A stretch of 64,000 nt of DNA from an uncultured Candidatus Actinomarina sp. (GTDB taxonomy: Bacteria; Actinomycetota; Acidimicrobiia; Actinomarinales; Actinomarinaceae): positions 2,763 through 66,762 of the forward strand of contig CACKFQ010000001.1 of NCBI GenBank assembly GCA_902599555.1. The letters run 5' to 3'. Numbering within the stretch: the first letter of the stretch is position 1; each line of letters begins with the position of its first letter. Of the stretch, positions 47,463-56,280 are shown one piece after another. The notes beneath the pieces are model-generated. The model was not told where the DNA came from and did no database searches. It saw only the letters and a program-made list of their open reading frames with translations. Both the position numbers and the translations under genes were made by a program.

Positions 47463-50345
47463 ATGGCACAAATACATAATTTAGAATCCAAAACTAGATA
47501 TGGATCAAGATATGTTGCTGGTTTTATAATTCTTATTGCAAGCATTCTATTAGCCGGATGGGTAGGTTTCTTCGTATTTTTGCCAGTTAAATCAAGTATG
47601 GAAGTTATAACAACTCTTGAAGAAAAATTTCTGCCAAGAGCTGAAGGTATGGTTCTAAACTTTGTTTCACTGTCTGAGCCATCAACAATCATTACATCTG
47701 ATAATCAGATACTAGATGAATTACATGACGGGTTGAACAGAGACCCAATACCTTTATCAGAGGTTCCCTCTTTTGTCATCAATACACTGCTTGCCGCAGA
47801 AGATAGTAATTATTACCTTCACGAAGGTGTTGATTTTGTTGCTATTTTAAGTGCTGCTCTTGATAATTTAAGAGGTGTTACTCGTGGTGGTTCGACAATT
47901 ACATCTCAAGTTGCGAAACAGTCCTTCGTTGGTGATGAAATTTCAGTGAGAAGAAAAGTTGCTGAAGCAGTTGTAGCAGCTGAGTTAGAGAGAAGGTATA
48001 CAAAAGATCAAATTTTAGAATACTACATAAATTCAATTTATTGGGGATCTGGAGCATACGGTATACAGTCGGCTGCATATGAATACTTTGGCAAAGATAT
48101 ACGAGATATCACTCTTGATGAAGCAGCAACTTTAGTTGTTATTATTAGAAGCCCTGCTTATTACAATCCTAGAAAATATCCTGAAAGAGTAATTGAAAGA
48201 AGAAATGATGTTCTAAACATAATGCTTAAAGAGGGATTTATCGTAGATATCCAAGCTAGGTCGGCTAAGCTTGCCCCACTTAATGTTATTGATTCAGTTC
48301 AAATCAATTCTCAAGCAGAACATGTTGTAGCAGAAGTAAAAAGACAATTATTAAATGATCCTCAATTCGCAGTTCTCGGAAATACAAAAGAAGAAAGAAA
48401 AAAGAAAATATTTGGATGCCCATCTGATGATACTTCATGTACGGGTGGAGGTGGATTAAATGTTTACATAACTTTAAACCTTGAGTTCCAAAAACATGCT
48501 AACCAAATTTTAAATAAATGGGTCCCTTCAGAAAACATTGATGACGAAAACGACGATCCAAAACCAACCGGAGTAATAACTTTAATTAACAATTTAACCG
48601 GAGGTATTGAAGTAATGGCTTCTGGAATTCCATTCGAAGAGGAACAATATAACCTTGCAACTCAAGGAAAAAGAAATCCCGGTTCGGCCTTTAAGCCAAT
48701 CACTCTTCTAGCCGCTTTAGAATCTGGATCTAAATTATATAGTTACAGAGACTCTAGAAGTCCGGTTGAAATAGATTGTGGTTATCCATGTGCCCCCGAT
48801 GGAATAGGAACAAAATGGGTAGTCAGAAATTATGGTACTTCTATAACTGCAGATCGTTATTTAAATAAAATACCTGCACAAGATAGAGCCATTGAGCTTC
48901 AATGTGTTGGCTATCACATTGAAGACATCAAAAATCTTGACTTTATTAAACAGTTTCCTCTTGTCTCAAATCTAGATGAAATAGAAGATGAAGAAGAAAA
49001 ACTAATTGAAATTGGTAAGGCATTAAAGCAAATAGATGAAGAAGGTAATACTATTGTTTATCAAGAAGACACAGATAATGTTAATTTTCCAGAAGGTACA
49101 GTTGTAATCTCAGATCCTGAGTTGATTGAACAACAAGCAAACACAACACAAATTAATATAGAAAGTGAAACTCAGTACATATATAAACCTTGTAGTGATA
49201 AAAGTGAGTACAACAGATCTGTAAAACTATTGGATACATCGGGAATGATTTCATTAGAAGAAGCTACTCGAAGATCTATTAATACTGTTTTTGCTCAGAT
49301 GGCTTCTGAGCTTGGAGGTGAAAAACTTGCTTCAACAGCTAATAGAATTGGTATTGACTCAGAAATTGATCCTGTTATTTCACTAACACTTGGTGCCGGT
49401 GCTGTTACTCCAATTGAAATTGCTTCTGCTTATTCCTCATTTGCTACTAATGGCGTACTAGCGCCAACTTATCTAATAGAACGCATAGAAGACTCAAATG
49501 GTGAAGTTTTGTATCAAAATATAGTCTCTCGACGAACTTCTATACCTGATCCTGGAGCTGCTGCAGCAGTGAGAAAAACTTTAGAAGTAGCAGCACAATA
49601 TGGCACTGGAACTCGGGCAGTTCTCGATGACAGGCCTATTGCAGGAAAAACAGGTACTCACCAAGGATTTAGAGAGGCTTGGTTTATAGGATTTATTCCA
49701 CAATATACTTCATCAGTGTGGATTGGATTTGCAGAAGAACAACTTCCACTTACAGATGTAGAAATTAATGGTGAAGTAATTAAAAATGTTTCAGGAGGTC
49801 GTGTACCAGCTCCTATGTGGAAAGAATTCATGGCTAAAGTAGTCGAAGATCTTCCAGTCGTTGAATGGCCAAGTGACCCAAGTGATTTACAGAAATATTA
49901 TGAAATACCCACAGTAATAATCCCAGAACTAACTGGTTTGAATGTACTTGTTGCTGAAGAAATTGCTTTTTCAAACTATTTACTTCCGAATATAAACCTT
50001 GTTGATTCAGAAGAAGCACCAGGACTTGTTTTAAGTCAAAGTATTGAAATTGACGAAGAAGTTCCAGAAGGTACTGTAATTGAGCTTGAAGTTTCTGGAC
50101 AGAAATTTTCAGCTTCTATACCAAGCATTCCACCATGTCAGTTATTACCTGAAGAAGCTGAGGATCTAATTAAAACTTTCATGAGAGAAAATAATGTTAT
50201 TTTATTTTTAAAGAAAAATTTTGAATCTAGTGACATTCAGGGTTGTGAAGGAAAAGTAATTGGAACAAATGTATCTCAAGGAGCCACAATGTCAACCGGT
50301 GATACTTTGATATTTATTATTGACAATACCGAAGATGATTCTTAA
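47463..50345 (+). CDS. ponA: Class A penicillin-binding protein (PBP1A/PonA) with ~130-aa insertion in the transpeptidase domain and C-terminal PASTA-like domains
   Basis: TM anchor; GT51 motifs EDSNYY.H.GVD, GGSTIT.Q, RK..E; transpeptidase motifs SAFK, SIN, KTG. Confidence 0.9.
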   Translation: MAQIHNLESKTRYGSRYVAGFIILIASILLAGWVGFFVFLPVKSSMEVITTLEEKFLPRAEGMVLNFVSLSEPSTIITSDNQILDELHDGLNRDPIPLSEVPSFVINTLLAAEDSNYYLHEGVDFVAILSAALDNLRGVTRGGSTITSQVAKQSFVGDEISVRRKVAEAVVAAELERRYTKDQILEYYINSIYWGSGAYGIQSAAYEYFGKDIRDITLDEAATLVVIIRSPAYYNPRKYPERVIERRNDVLNIMLKEGFIVDIQARSAKLAPLNVIDSVQINSQAEHVVAEVKRQLLNDPQFAVLGNTKEERKKKIFGCPSDDTSCTGGGGLNVYITLNLEFQKHANQILNKWVPSENIDDENDDPKPTGVITLINNLTGGIEVMASGIPFEEEQYNLATQGKRNPGSAFKPITLLAALESGSKLYSYRDSRSPVEIDCGYPCAPDGIGTKWVVRNYGTSITADRYLNKIPAQDRAIELQCVGYHIEDIKNLDFIKQFPLVSNLDEIEDEEEKLIEIGKALKQIDEEGNTIVYQEDTDNVNFPEGTVVISDPELIEQQANTTQINIESETQYIYKPCSDKSEYNRSVKLLDTSGMISLEEATRRSINTVFAQMASELGGEKLASTANRIGIDSEIDPVISLTLGAGAVTPIEIASAYSSFATNGVLAPTYLIERIEDSNGEVLYQNIVSRRTSIPDPGAAAAVRKTLEVAAQYGTGTRAVLDDRPIAGKTGTHQGFREAWFIGFIPQYTSSVWIGFAEEQLPLTDVEINGEVIKNVSGGRVPAPMWKEFMAKVVEDLPVVEWPSDPSDLQKYYEIPTVIIPELTGLNVLVAEEIAFSNYLLPNINLVDSEEAPGLVLSQSIEIDEEVPEGTVIELEVSGQKFSASIPSIPPCQLLPEEAEDLIKTFMRENNVILFLKKNFESSDIQGCEGKVIGTNVSQGATMSTGDTLIFIIDNTEDDS

Positions 50346-51700
50346 CTACTTGCCTCATTAGTTAAAAAGTTAAAATAACCAAGAACTCCAAATCCTGTTC
50401 CACCCTCTGGATAAATAGAATTGTTGGATCTAGACCTTGCAGGTCCAGCAATATCTAAGTGTACCCAATCCAAATCATCAACAAACTCTTCAAGAAGTAA
50501 AGCTGCTGTTATTGCTCCCCCAAATCTTCCACCAGAATTCTTCATATCAGCGATGTTAGATTTAATAAGCGATTTATAACTTTGTTCTAATGGGAGTGAA
50601 TGATAATTTTCAAACCCATCATTGTTAGAATTTAAAAAACTTTCTAAGGTTTTTTTGTTATTTGAGAAAACCGCTCCAATCTCAACACCTAGTGCAACAT
50701 AAGCTGCACCAGTAAGTGTTGCAACATCACATATTATGTCTGGCTTGCTCTCACTAGCATAAGCTAATGCATCTGCCATAATCAACCTGCCTTCTGCATC
50801 GGTATTCATAACTTCAATAGTTTTACCATTTCTCATACTTAAAATATCACCAGGTCTAATTGCAGTACCACTAGGCATATTTTCAACTATGGGAGTATAA
50901 ACTTTCAAACCTATGTCTAAGCCTTGTTTTGCTACTAGTGCTATTATTCCCCAAGCAGTTGCAGCACCAGCCATATCTGTTTTCATTGTTTCCATACCAG
51001 AAGGAGATTTCAAAGAGAGTCCGCCAGAATCAAACAACACCCCCTTACCTATTAATGAAATCTGCTTTTTAGCTTTAGTGTTGTATTCTCCAACTAAAAA
51101 TTTTGGAGACCTTTCGGACCCTTGAGATACTCCAATAACTCCACCCATTTTATTTTCTTTAATCCATTTTTCATCATATGACGTAAAATTAATATTCAAT
51201 CCATCAATTAATTCTTCAACCTTAGCCTGGAAAAATTCTGGAGATTTAGTTAGTGCAGGAAAATTAACCATATCTCGAACCCAAAATATTGAATTGACTT
51301 TATTTTCAATTTCTGTTGAGAATTCACTATTTAAAACATTTATATTTATTTCTGGAGACTTTGTTGATTTGAAATTTTCAAATCTGTAACTAGACAACAT
51401 TATTCCTAATTCAATTAAATACATATTTAAATTTTCAGCAATAGCGGTTAATTTCAAATCACAATCGTTATTGATTTTTTTACCAATTGATGCTCCTAGA
51501 TCTACAAAATCATATTCTGATTTGCAACCATCGGTACCAACTATAAGAAACGCTGTGTCATCTGTTGAGTTGTAGTTTGACATATAAAACATTTGATTTT
51601 TTTTAGCTTCAAATTTGTTAGCTTCAAACAAAATGCGATTTTCATCATAATTATCAATGCTTTCATTGACTTGATCTATTAGTAAAACTTCAATTTTCAT
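50342..51700 (-). CDS. pepA: Leucyl aminopeptidase (M17)
   Basis: GKGVLFDSGG.SLK, MK.DMAGAA, ENMPSG, NTDAEGRL..ADAL, D.ATLTGA, W.HLDIAG. Confidence 0.96.
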   Translation of the reverse strand: MKIEVLLIDQVNESIDNYDENRILFEANKFEAKKNQMFYMSNYNSTDDTAFLIVGTDGCKSEYDFVDLGASIGKKINNDCDLKLTAIAENLNMYLIELGIMLSSYRFENFKSTKSPEININVLNSEFSTEIENKVNSIFWVRDMVNFPALTKSPEFFQAKVEELIDGLNINFTSYDEKWIKENKMGGVIGVSQGSERSPKFLVGEYNTKAKKQISLIGKGVLFDSGGLSLKSPSGMETMKTDMAGAATAWGIIALVAKQGLDIGLKVYTPIVENMPSGTAIRPGDILSMRNGKTIEVMNTDAEGRLIMADALAYASESKPDIICDVATLTGAAYVALGVEIGAVFSNNKKTLESFLNSNNDGFENYHSLPLEQSYKSLIKSNIADMKNSGGRFGGAITAALLLEEFVDDLDWVHLDIAGPARSRSNNSIYPEGGTGFGVLGYFNFLTNEASS

Positions 51701-52239
51701 TTACTTGATGTCCATTCTTTTTCAAAATCTCTAGCCATCATCCATAATAAGTCAGACAGTCTATTTAAATATATTAATACAAAAGTGTCTTCGATTTCAT
51801 TTATTTTTTTCCATGCAACACATTTTCTCTCAGCTCTTCGTGATACAACTCTACACCAATCAAATTTTGAAGAAATACTATTTTCACCAGGAACTACAAA
51901 AAAATCTGGAATTCCATTTTTATCAGTTAAATAGTCTATATCTTTTTCAAGGCTTTCTACCATACTGCTTGTAACAAGTGTCTCAGCTGGTTTTAATTTT
52001 GATCTGCTATTTTTCGAAGTTGCGAGCTCTGCTCCAACAACAAACAGTTCTCTTTGAATCCTTAAAACGACTCCCTTAGTCTCAAGAGGTAATTCTTTTT
52101 CATATCTGATTAGTCCCAAAGCAGCAACGAGTTCATCGACAGATCCATAAGCTTCAGGTGCAATACTGTCTTTGGATACAGCATCACCATATAAAAGCCT
52201 GGTTTCACCTTTGTCGCCTTTTTTGGTATAAATCTTCAT
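51697..52239 (-). CDS. PduO-type cob(I)alamin adenosyltransferase
   Basis: KIYTKKGDKG.T.L, AYG.VDEL, IQ.ELF..GAELA, R...RRAER, YLNRLSD.L. Confidence 0.93.
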   Translation of the reverse strand: MKIYTKKGDKGETRLLYGDAVSKDSIAPEAYGSVDELVAALGLIRYEKELPLETKGVVLRIQRELFVVGAELATSKNSRSKLKPAETLVTSSMVESLEKDIDYLTDKNGIPDFFVVPGENSISSKFDWCRVVSRRAERKCVAWKKINEIEDTFVLIYLNRLSDLLWMMARDFEKEWTSSK

Positions 52240-52254
52240 AGCTTAAGAATAGTG

Positions 52255-52917
52255 TTATAAAGAAAGTATTAGTGTTCCAGAAGCTCCTAATGAAACAATG
52301 AGCGACAAATAACTTAATCCTGTACTGGCCATAACTCCTGTATATGATTTTTCTTGTAAAGATTTAAACGATGCATATGAAAGTATTCCTGCTGAAATAA
52401 ATAAAAATACTATTACATTATTTAATAGTTCATTACCCACTATATTAAAAAATACTGTCGAACTTACATATACATTTGCAAAGACAGACAATGAGAGAAT
52501 AAATGAAAGATACATAGAAAATTTTGCGATGTTTTTCATGCCATCTCTATTAATCGTAGGATCTACAAGGAACCAATGACCAATCATCATGGATGAAAAT
52601 ACAGCTGATATCAATAAAATTGGAATGAGATTTTTAATATTATTGAAACCGATAACATTTAATGAAGAAACCATGAAAGATACAAAAGCAAGCACTAAAT
52701 AATAAAATTTTTCATTTCTACTATATGCAATCAAATAAAATGCCAAAAAAAATAACCCTATTTGGGAAAAATTATTATAAATCAAAAAAATATTTGCTGA
52801 AATAATAGCAACAAATAATATACTAAATCCTTTTTTTGGATTAGTAGAACGCACTATATATATCAAAAAAGGTATACAAAGTGTTAAAAAAATGTAGGTG
52901 AATTCACTCAATTGCAT
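52255..52917 (-). CDS. Hypothetical polytopic membrane protein
   Basis: ~7 TM segments; motifs MMIGHWFLVDP and SYTGV..ATG..Y. Confidence 0.7.
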   Translation of the reverse strand: MQLSEFTYIFLTLCIPFLIYIVRSTNPKKGFSILFVAIISANIFLIYNNFSQIGLFFLAFYLIAYSRNEKFYYLVLAFVSFMVSSLNVIGFNNIKNLIPILLISAVFSSMMIGHWFLVDPTINRDGMKNIAKFSMYLSFILSLSVFANVYVSSTVFFNIVGNELLNNVIVFLFISAGILSYASFKSLQEKSYTGVMASTGLSYLSLIVSLGASGTLILSL

Positions 52918-53289
52918 ATGTTATTTACAATAATAGAAGTGTTTAAAAATATAATAAAAAATAATAGCAATCAAGCTTTAATGATTTCAATTCTACTCAT
53001 GTTTTCAATAAGAATTGTTTCTAAAGAATCATCGCAATTATTTTCTCCAATATTAGTTTTCTCATTTATTTCTTATTTTCTGATGTTTACCATTGCATTA
53101 GAAGCACTTAAAAAAAATAAAATAATAGGAATTTATCTTCTTATAACGATTTTTTTTATTCCTCCTAATATACTCCCAGAATACAAAGGTCTATTGTTTC
53201 CAATTACATATCTCTCTCATTTCACGTATATAGGTTATTTAATTTCATTAGAATTATTTAAAAGGTGGAAAAAAAGTCATGAACTATGA
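52912..53289 (+). CDS. Hypothetical membrane protein
   Basis: ~4 hydrophobic segments; start uncertain. Confidence 0.55.
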   Translation: MHMLFTIIEVFKNIIKNNSNQALMISILLMFSIRIVSKESSQLFSPILVFSFISYFLMFTIALEALKKNKIIGIYLLITIFFIPPNILPEYKGLLFPITYLSHFTYIGYLISLELFKRWKKSHEL

Positions 53290-53319
53290 AAAATATTCTA
53301 TGTACCCTAAAATGAAATA

Positions 53320-56280
53320 ATGAAACAGGGTCTTAAGAAAACTTTATTCTTTCTTATTGCATTTTTTGCAACTACTTTACTCATTAATTTACAAAAAGAG
53401 CCTGCATTTGCACATAAAGTGCCAACAAGTATTACTTTAAATTGCGCAGATAATGCAGTAGCTCCTTTAAATAATTTAAAAGACATTCAAACATTTCTCA
53501 ATTGTAATGGCTTTAATCCTGGCCCAATTGATGGACTTGCAGGTTCAAGAACTGACGGAGCAATCAAAAGCTTTCAAAAAACTGTTGGCCTCTCAGCAGA
53601 TGGTGTAGTCGGGCCTGCAACAAAGCAAGCTATGAGAAGTTACAGTTCTGTCTCATTTACGTTCCAAGGAAGTGGATGGGGTCACGGAGTTGGGCTTAGT
53701 CAGTATGGAACAAAAGGATTGACTGAGTTGGGAGCTAGTTTTTGTTCCAACACAAGTTCGTGTAGCTCTAATGAAGTTGTGAGTTATTATTTTCAAGGTA
53801 CTTCTGTAAAACAGTTATCAGAAATTAGCTTATCATCACCAGATATAGCAACAAACAATAATGCATTATGGGTTGGACTAGCTCGAAATGCAAGGTCTAT
53901 AAACTTAACTACTCTTCCTTCTTCAAGTCCCCCAACCTTGTTTATATGTCAAGAAAATCTACCGCAAGTAGCAGGAGTCCAGGCATTTCTTTCATCAAGG
54001 GGCTTTGACCCAGGTACTGTAGATGGTGCATTTGGTGAAAGGACTGCTAATGCTCTAAAAAATTACCAAGCTTCTGTAGGTATTGGACAATCGGGAACTA
54101 TAAATGATGAAACTTTAACTAAGATTAAATCCGATGCAACTTCTGATGGGCCGTGCGAATCAGATTTTGGTCCGTTGAAAATAGCGGGTGGTGCAACTAT
54201 AAATATAATTTATTCGAATGGAAATTGCTACTTTACTGGACACCCCTTACTATCAAAAGTTCCTGCATCATGCAATATTGGAATTAGCTGGTCTGACGGT
54301 GGGCGAATTAGAGTTGGTCCGAGAGAACATAAACACGGAACTCTTAAGTTAAGAAATAAAAACTTGTCAAGTGGTTTTCATGTATCGCTAGCTGTAAATA
54401 TTGAAAAGTATTTATATGGACTAGCTGAAATGCCATCACACTGGAATGTGAAAGCGCTTGAAGCTCAAGCTTTAGTTGGTAGAAGTTATGCTGTCTTCCA
54501 ATATTTAAAGCAAAACATTCCCTCAGAAAAAACTGATACTGATGCTGGATTATCAAGCTCAAGAAAAGCTTACTGTTGGTGCCACATAGGTTCAACAGCG
54601 TCTAGTCAATATTACTATGGGTATCTGAAGGAAATTGCTGGACCAAACTGGGTGCAAGCAGTTAACAATACATCAGGAAAAGTTATTACATATGATGGAG
54701 GATATACTCAAAGCACTGTTGTTCAAGCATTTTATTCATCATCAACTGGTGGAAAAACTAATGATAATGTAGTTGGATTTGGCTCAGCTACACCTTGGCC
54801 ATATTTAAAAACAGTTGACGACCCATGGTCAGTAGACAACAGAGTTGGAAACCCCAAAGCTGCATGGTCATATGACTTCAGCTCTTATCAGCTGTCCAAA
54901 AATATTCTTTGTGGTGACACTCCTTGCTTTGATGCTGTTACAGATATTTATGTATCTTCTGTTTCTGAGTCTGGCGCTGCTTTACAGATCACAATGAAAG
55001 GTTTCAAAAATGGCTCAGCAAAAACTGTAACTAAATCCGGTAGAAATATTAAATCTCAATTAGGATTCACTTCTCATTATTTCAAAACTTCAAGTCAGTC
55101 AGATATTTCGAATTTAAGCATTGGACCAATTACTGCAAATAGCAGCACAACTGCTGTTGAAAATTCATCAAGCTCAACAGGTGATACTCCACAGTATGCA
55201 ACTTCTTCTAGTGGTCTAAATTACTTATCAAAAGCAGGACTTTTGAATGTTTGTAATGAAACATCAAGTGCATGTCAAGCAAAAACAATTTCAAGAGAAG
55301 AAGCTGCAGCAGTTATAACAGTCATTGGTGGGGTCTCTCTTGATGCACCAAATGCATATAGTGATGATGATCAAAGTATCTACCAACAAGCAACAAATGC
55401 TTTGCCTTATTATGGAATGCAAGTTTGTTTTGGTAGCCCATTTCAAATTCAACCATCTGAAACTGTTTCCAGAGATGAACTCGCTTGCTTACTTGTAAAG
55501 TCTATTAGAGCTGGAACAACAGAAAATCTTAGTGGTTCAATTGATAAATTTTCTGATGAGGGTGCAAGTAAATGGACAAATGAAATAAATGTACTTGCAG
55601 CAAATGATGTAATACCTGCATGTAGTGACTTAAGTGATAAATTTTGTCCAAGCCGAAAAATAACAATCGGAGAAGTTTCGTATATTGTAAATAGACTAGT
55701 TGAGAAGTCCTTGATTCCAACATCGGTTTTTGATGTTAATCCATTCCAAGCAGGCTGGACAGCAAATGGTGGTGAAGTAACAGAAGCATCATCAACAGCT
55801 GTTTCCAATCCTAATGCGGGGAATGATGCATGCGTACCTCAGGACAACAGCTCTCTAGTTATCAATTCAACATTAGATATTCAACAATTTCTTTCCAACA
55901 ATGGGTTTAATCCTGGACCAATTGATGGTCAATCTGGTCCAAAAACTAAAAATGCAATTATTTCCTTCCAAAAAGAAAATGGACTTTTAGCAGATGGAAT
56001 TGCTGGAAATAAAACTAAAGCTGCAATGAGAGCATACACTGGTTGTAAAAGTGAAAATTTTTGCGTAGCAAGAGATAATAGGTCAGCAAAACTTGACTCT
56101 ATTGCAGATGTTCAAACTTATTTAGCAAACAACGGCTTTAATCCAGGAATTATAGATGGAAAAATGGGATCGTATACTAGAGAAGCAATTAAAGCCTTCC
56201 AAAGAAAAGTTGGATTAATTCCAGATGGAGTTGCTGGGGCAAGAACTAAATCAGAAATGAAATCTTATACGGGCTGTTAG
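53320..56280 (+). CDS. Secreted SpoIID/LytB-family lytic transglycosylase with four PG-binding modules and SLH-like repeats
   Basis: Signal peptide ..EPAFA|; G.GWGHGVGLSQYG; EKYLYGLAEMP..W...ALEAQAL..RSY; FYSSSTGG; PYL..V.DPW; four GF.PG..DG..G..T..A...(F/Y)Q modules; SRE/SRD/TIGE SLH-like motifs. Confidence 0.88.
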   Translation: MKQGLKKTLFFLIAFFATTLLINLQKEPAFAHKVPTSITLNCADNAVAPLNNLKDIQTFLNCNGFNPGPIDGLAGSRTDGAIKSFQKTVGLSADGVVGPATKQAMRSYSSVSFTFQGSGWGHGVGLSQYGTKGLTELGASFCSNTSSCSSNEVVSYYFQGTSVKQLSEISLSSPDIATNNNALWVGLARNARSINLTTLPSSSPPTLFICQENLPQVAGVQAFLSSRGFDPGTVDGAFGERTANALKNYQASVGIGQSGTINDETLTKIKSDATSDGPCESDFGPLKIAGGATINIIYSNGNCYFTGHPLLSKVPASCNIGISWSDGGRIRVGPREHKHGTLKLRNKNLSSGFHVSLAVNIEKYLYGLAEMPSHWNVKALEAQALVGRSYAVFQYLKQNIPSEKTDTDAGLSSSRKAYCWCHIGSTASSQYYYGYLKEIAGPNWVQAVNNTSGKVITYDGGYTQSTVVQAFYSSSTGGKTNDNVVGFGSATPWPYLKTVDDPWSVDNRVGNPKAAWSYDFSSYQLSKNILCGDTPCFDAVTDIYVSSVSESGAALQITMKGFKNGSAKTVTKSGRNIKSQLGFTSHYFKTSSQSDISNLSIGPITANSSTTAVENSSSSTGDTPQYATSSSGLNYLSKAGLLNVCNETSSACQAKTISREEAAAVITVIGGVSLDAPNAYSDDDQSIYQQATNALPYYGMQVCFGSPFQIQPSETVSRDELACLLVKSIRAGTTENLSGSIDKFSDEGASKWTNEINVLAANDVIPACSDLSDKFCPSRKITIGEVSYIVNRLVEKSLIPTSVFDVNPFQAGWTANGGEVTEASSTAVSNPNAGNDACVPQDNSSLVINSTLDIQQFLSNNGFNPGPIDGQSGPKTKNAIISFQKENGLLADGIAGNKTKAAMRAYTGCKSENFCVARDNRSAKLDSIADVQTYLANNGFNPGIIDGKMGSYTREAIKAFQRKVGLIPDGVAGARTKSEMKSYTGC

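Noticed and set aside
48837-49240. PBP1A insertion as an intein
   Set aside because: There is no Cys/Ser block-A start or His-Asn/Gln C-terminal junction followed by Cys/Ser/Thr, and inteins are not expected in an exported domain.
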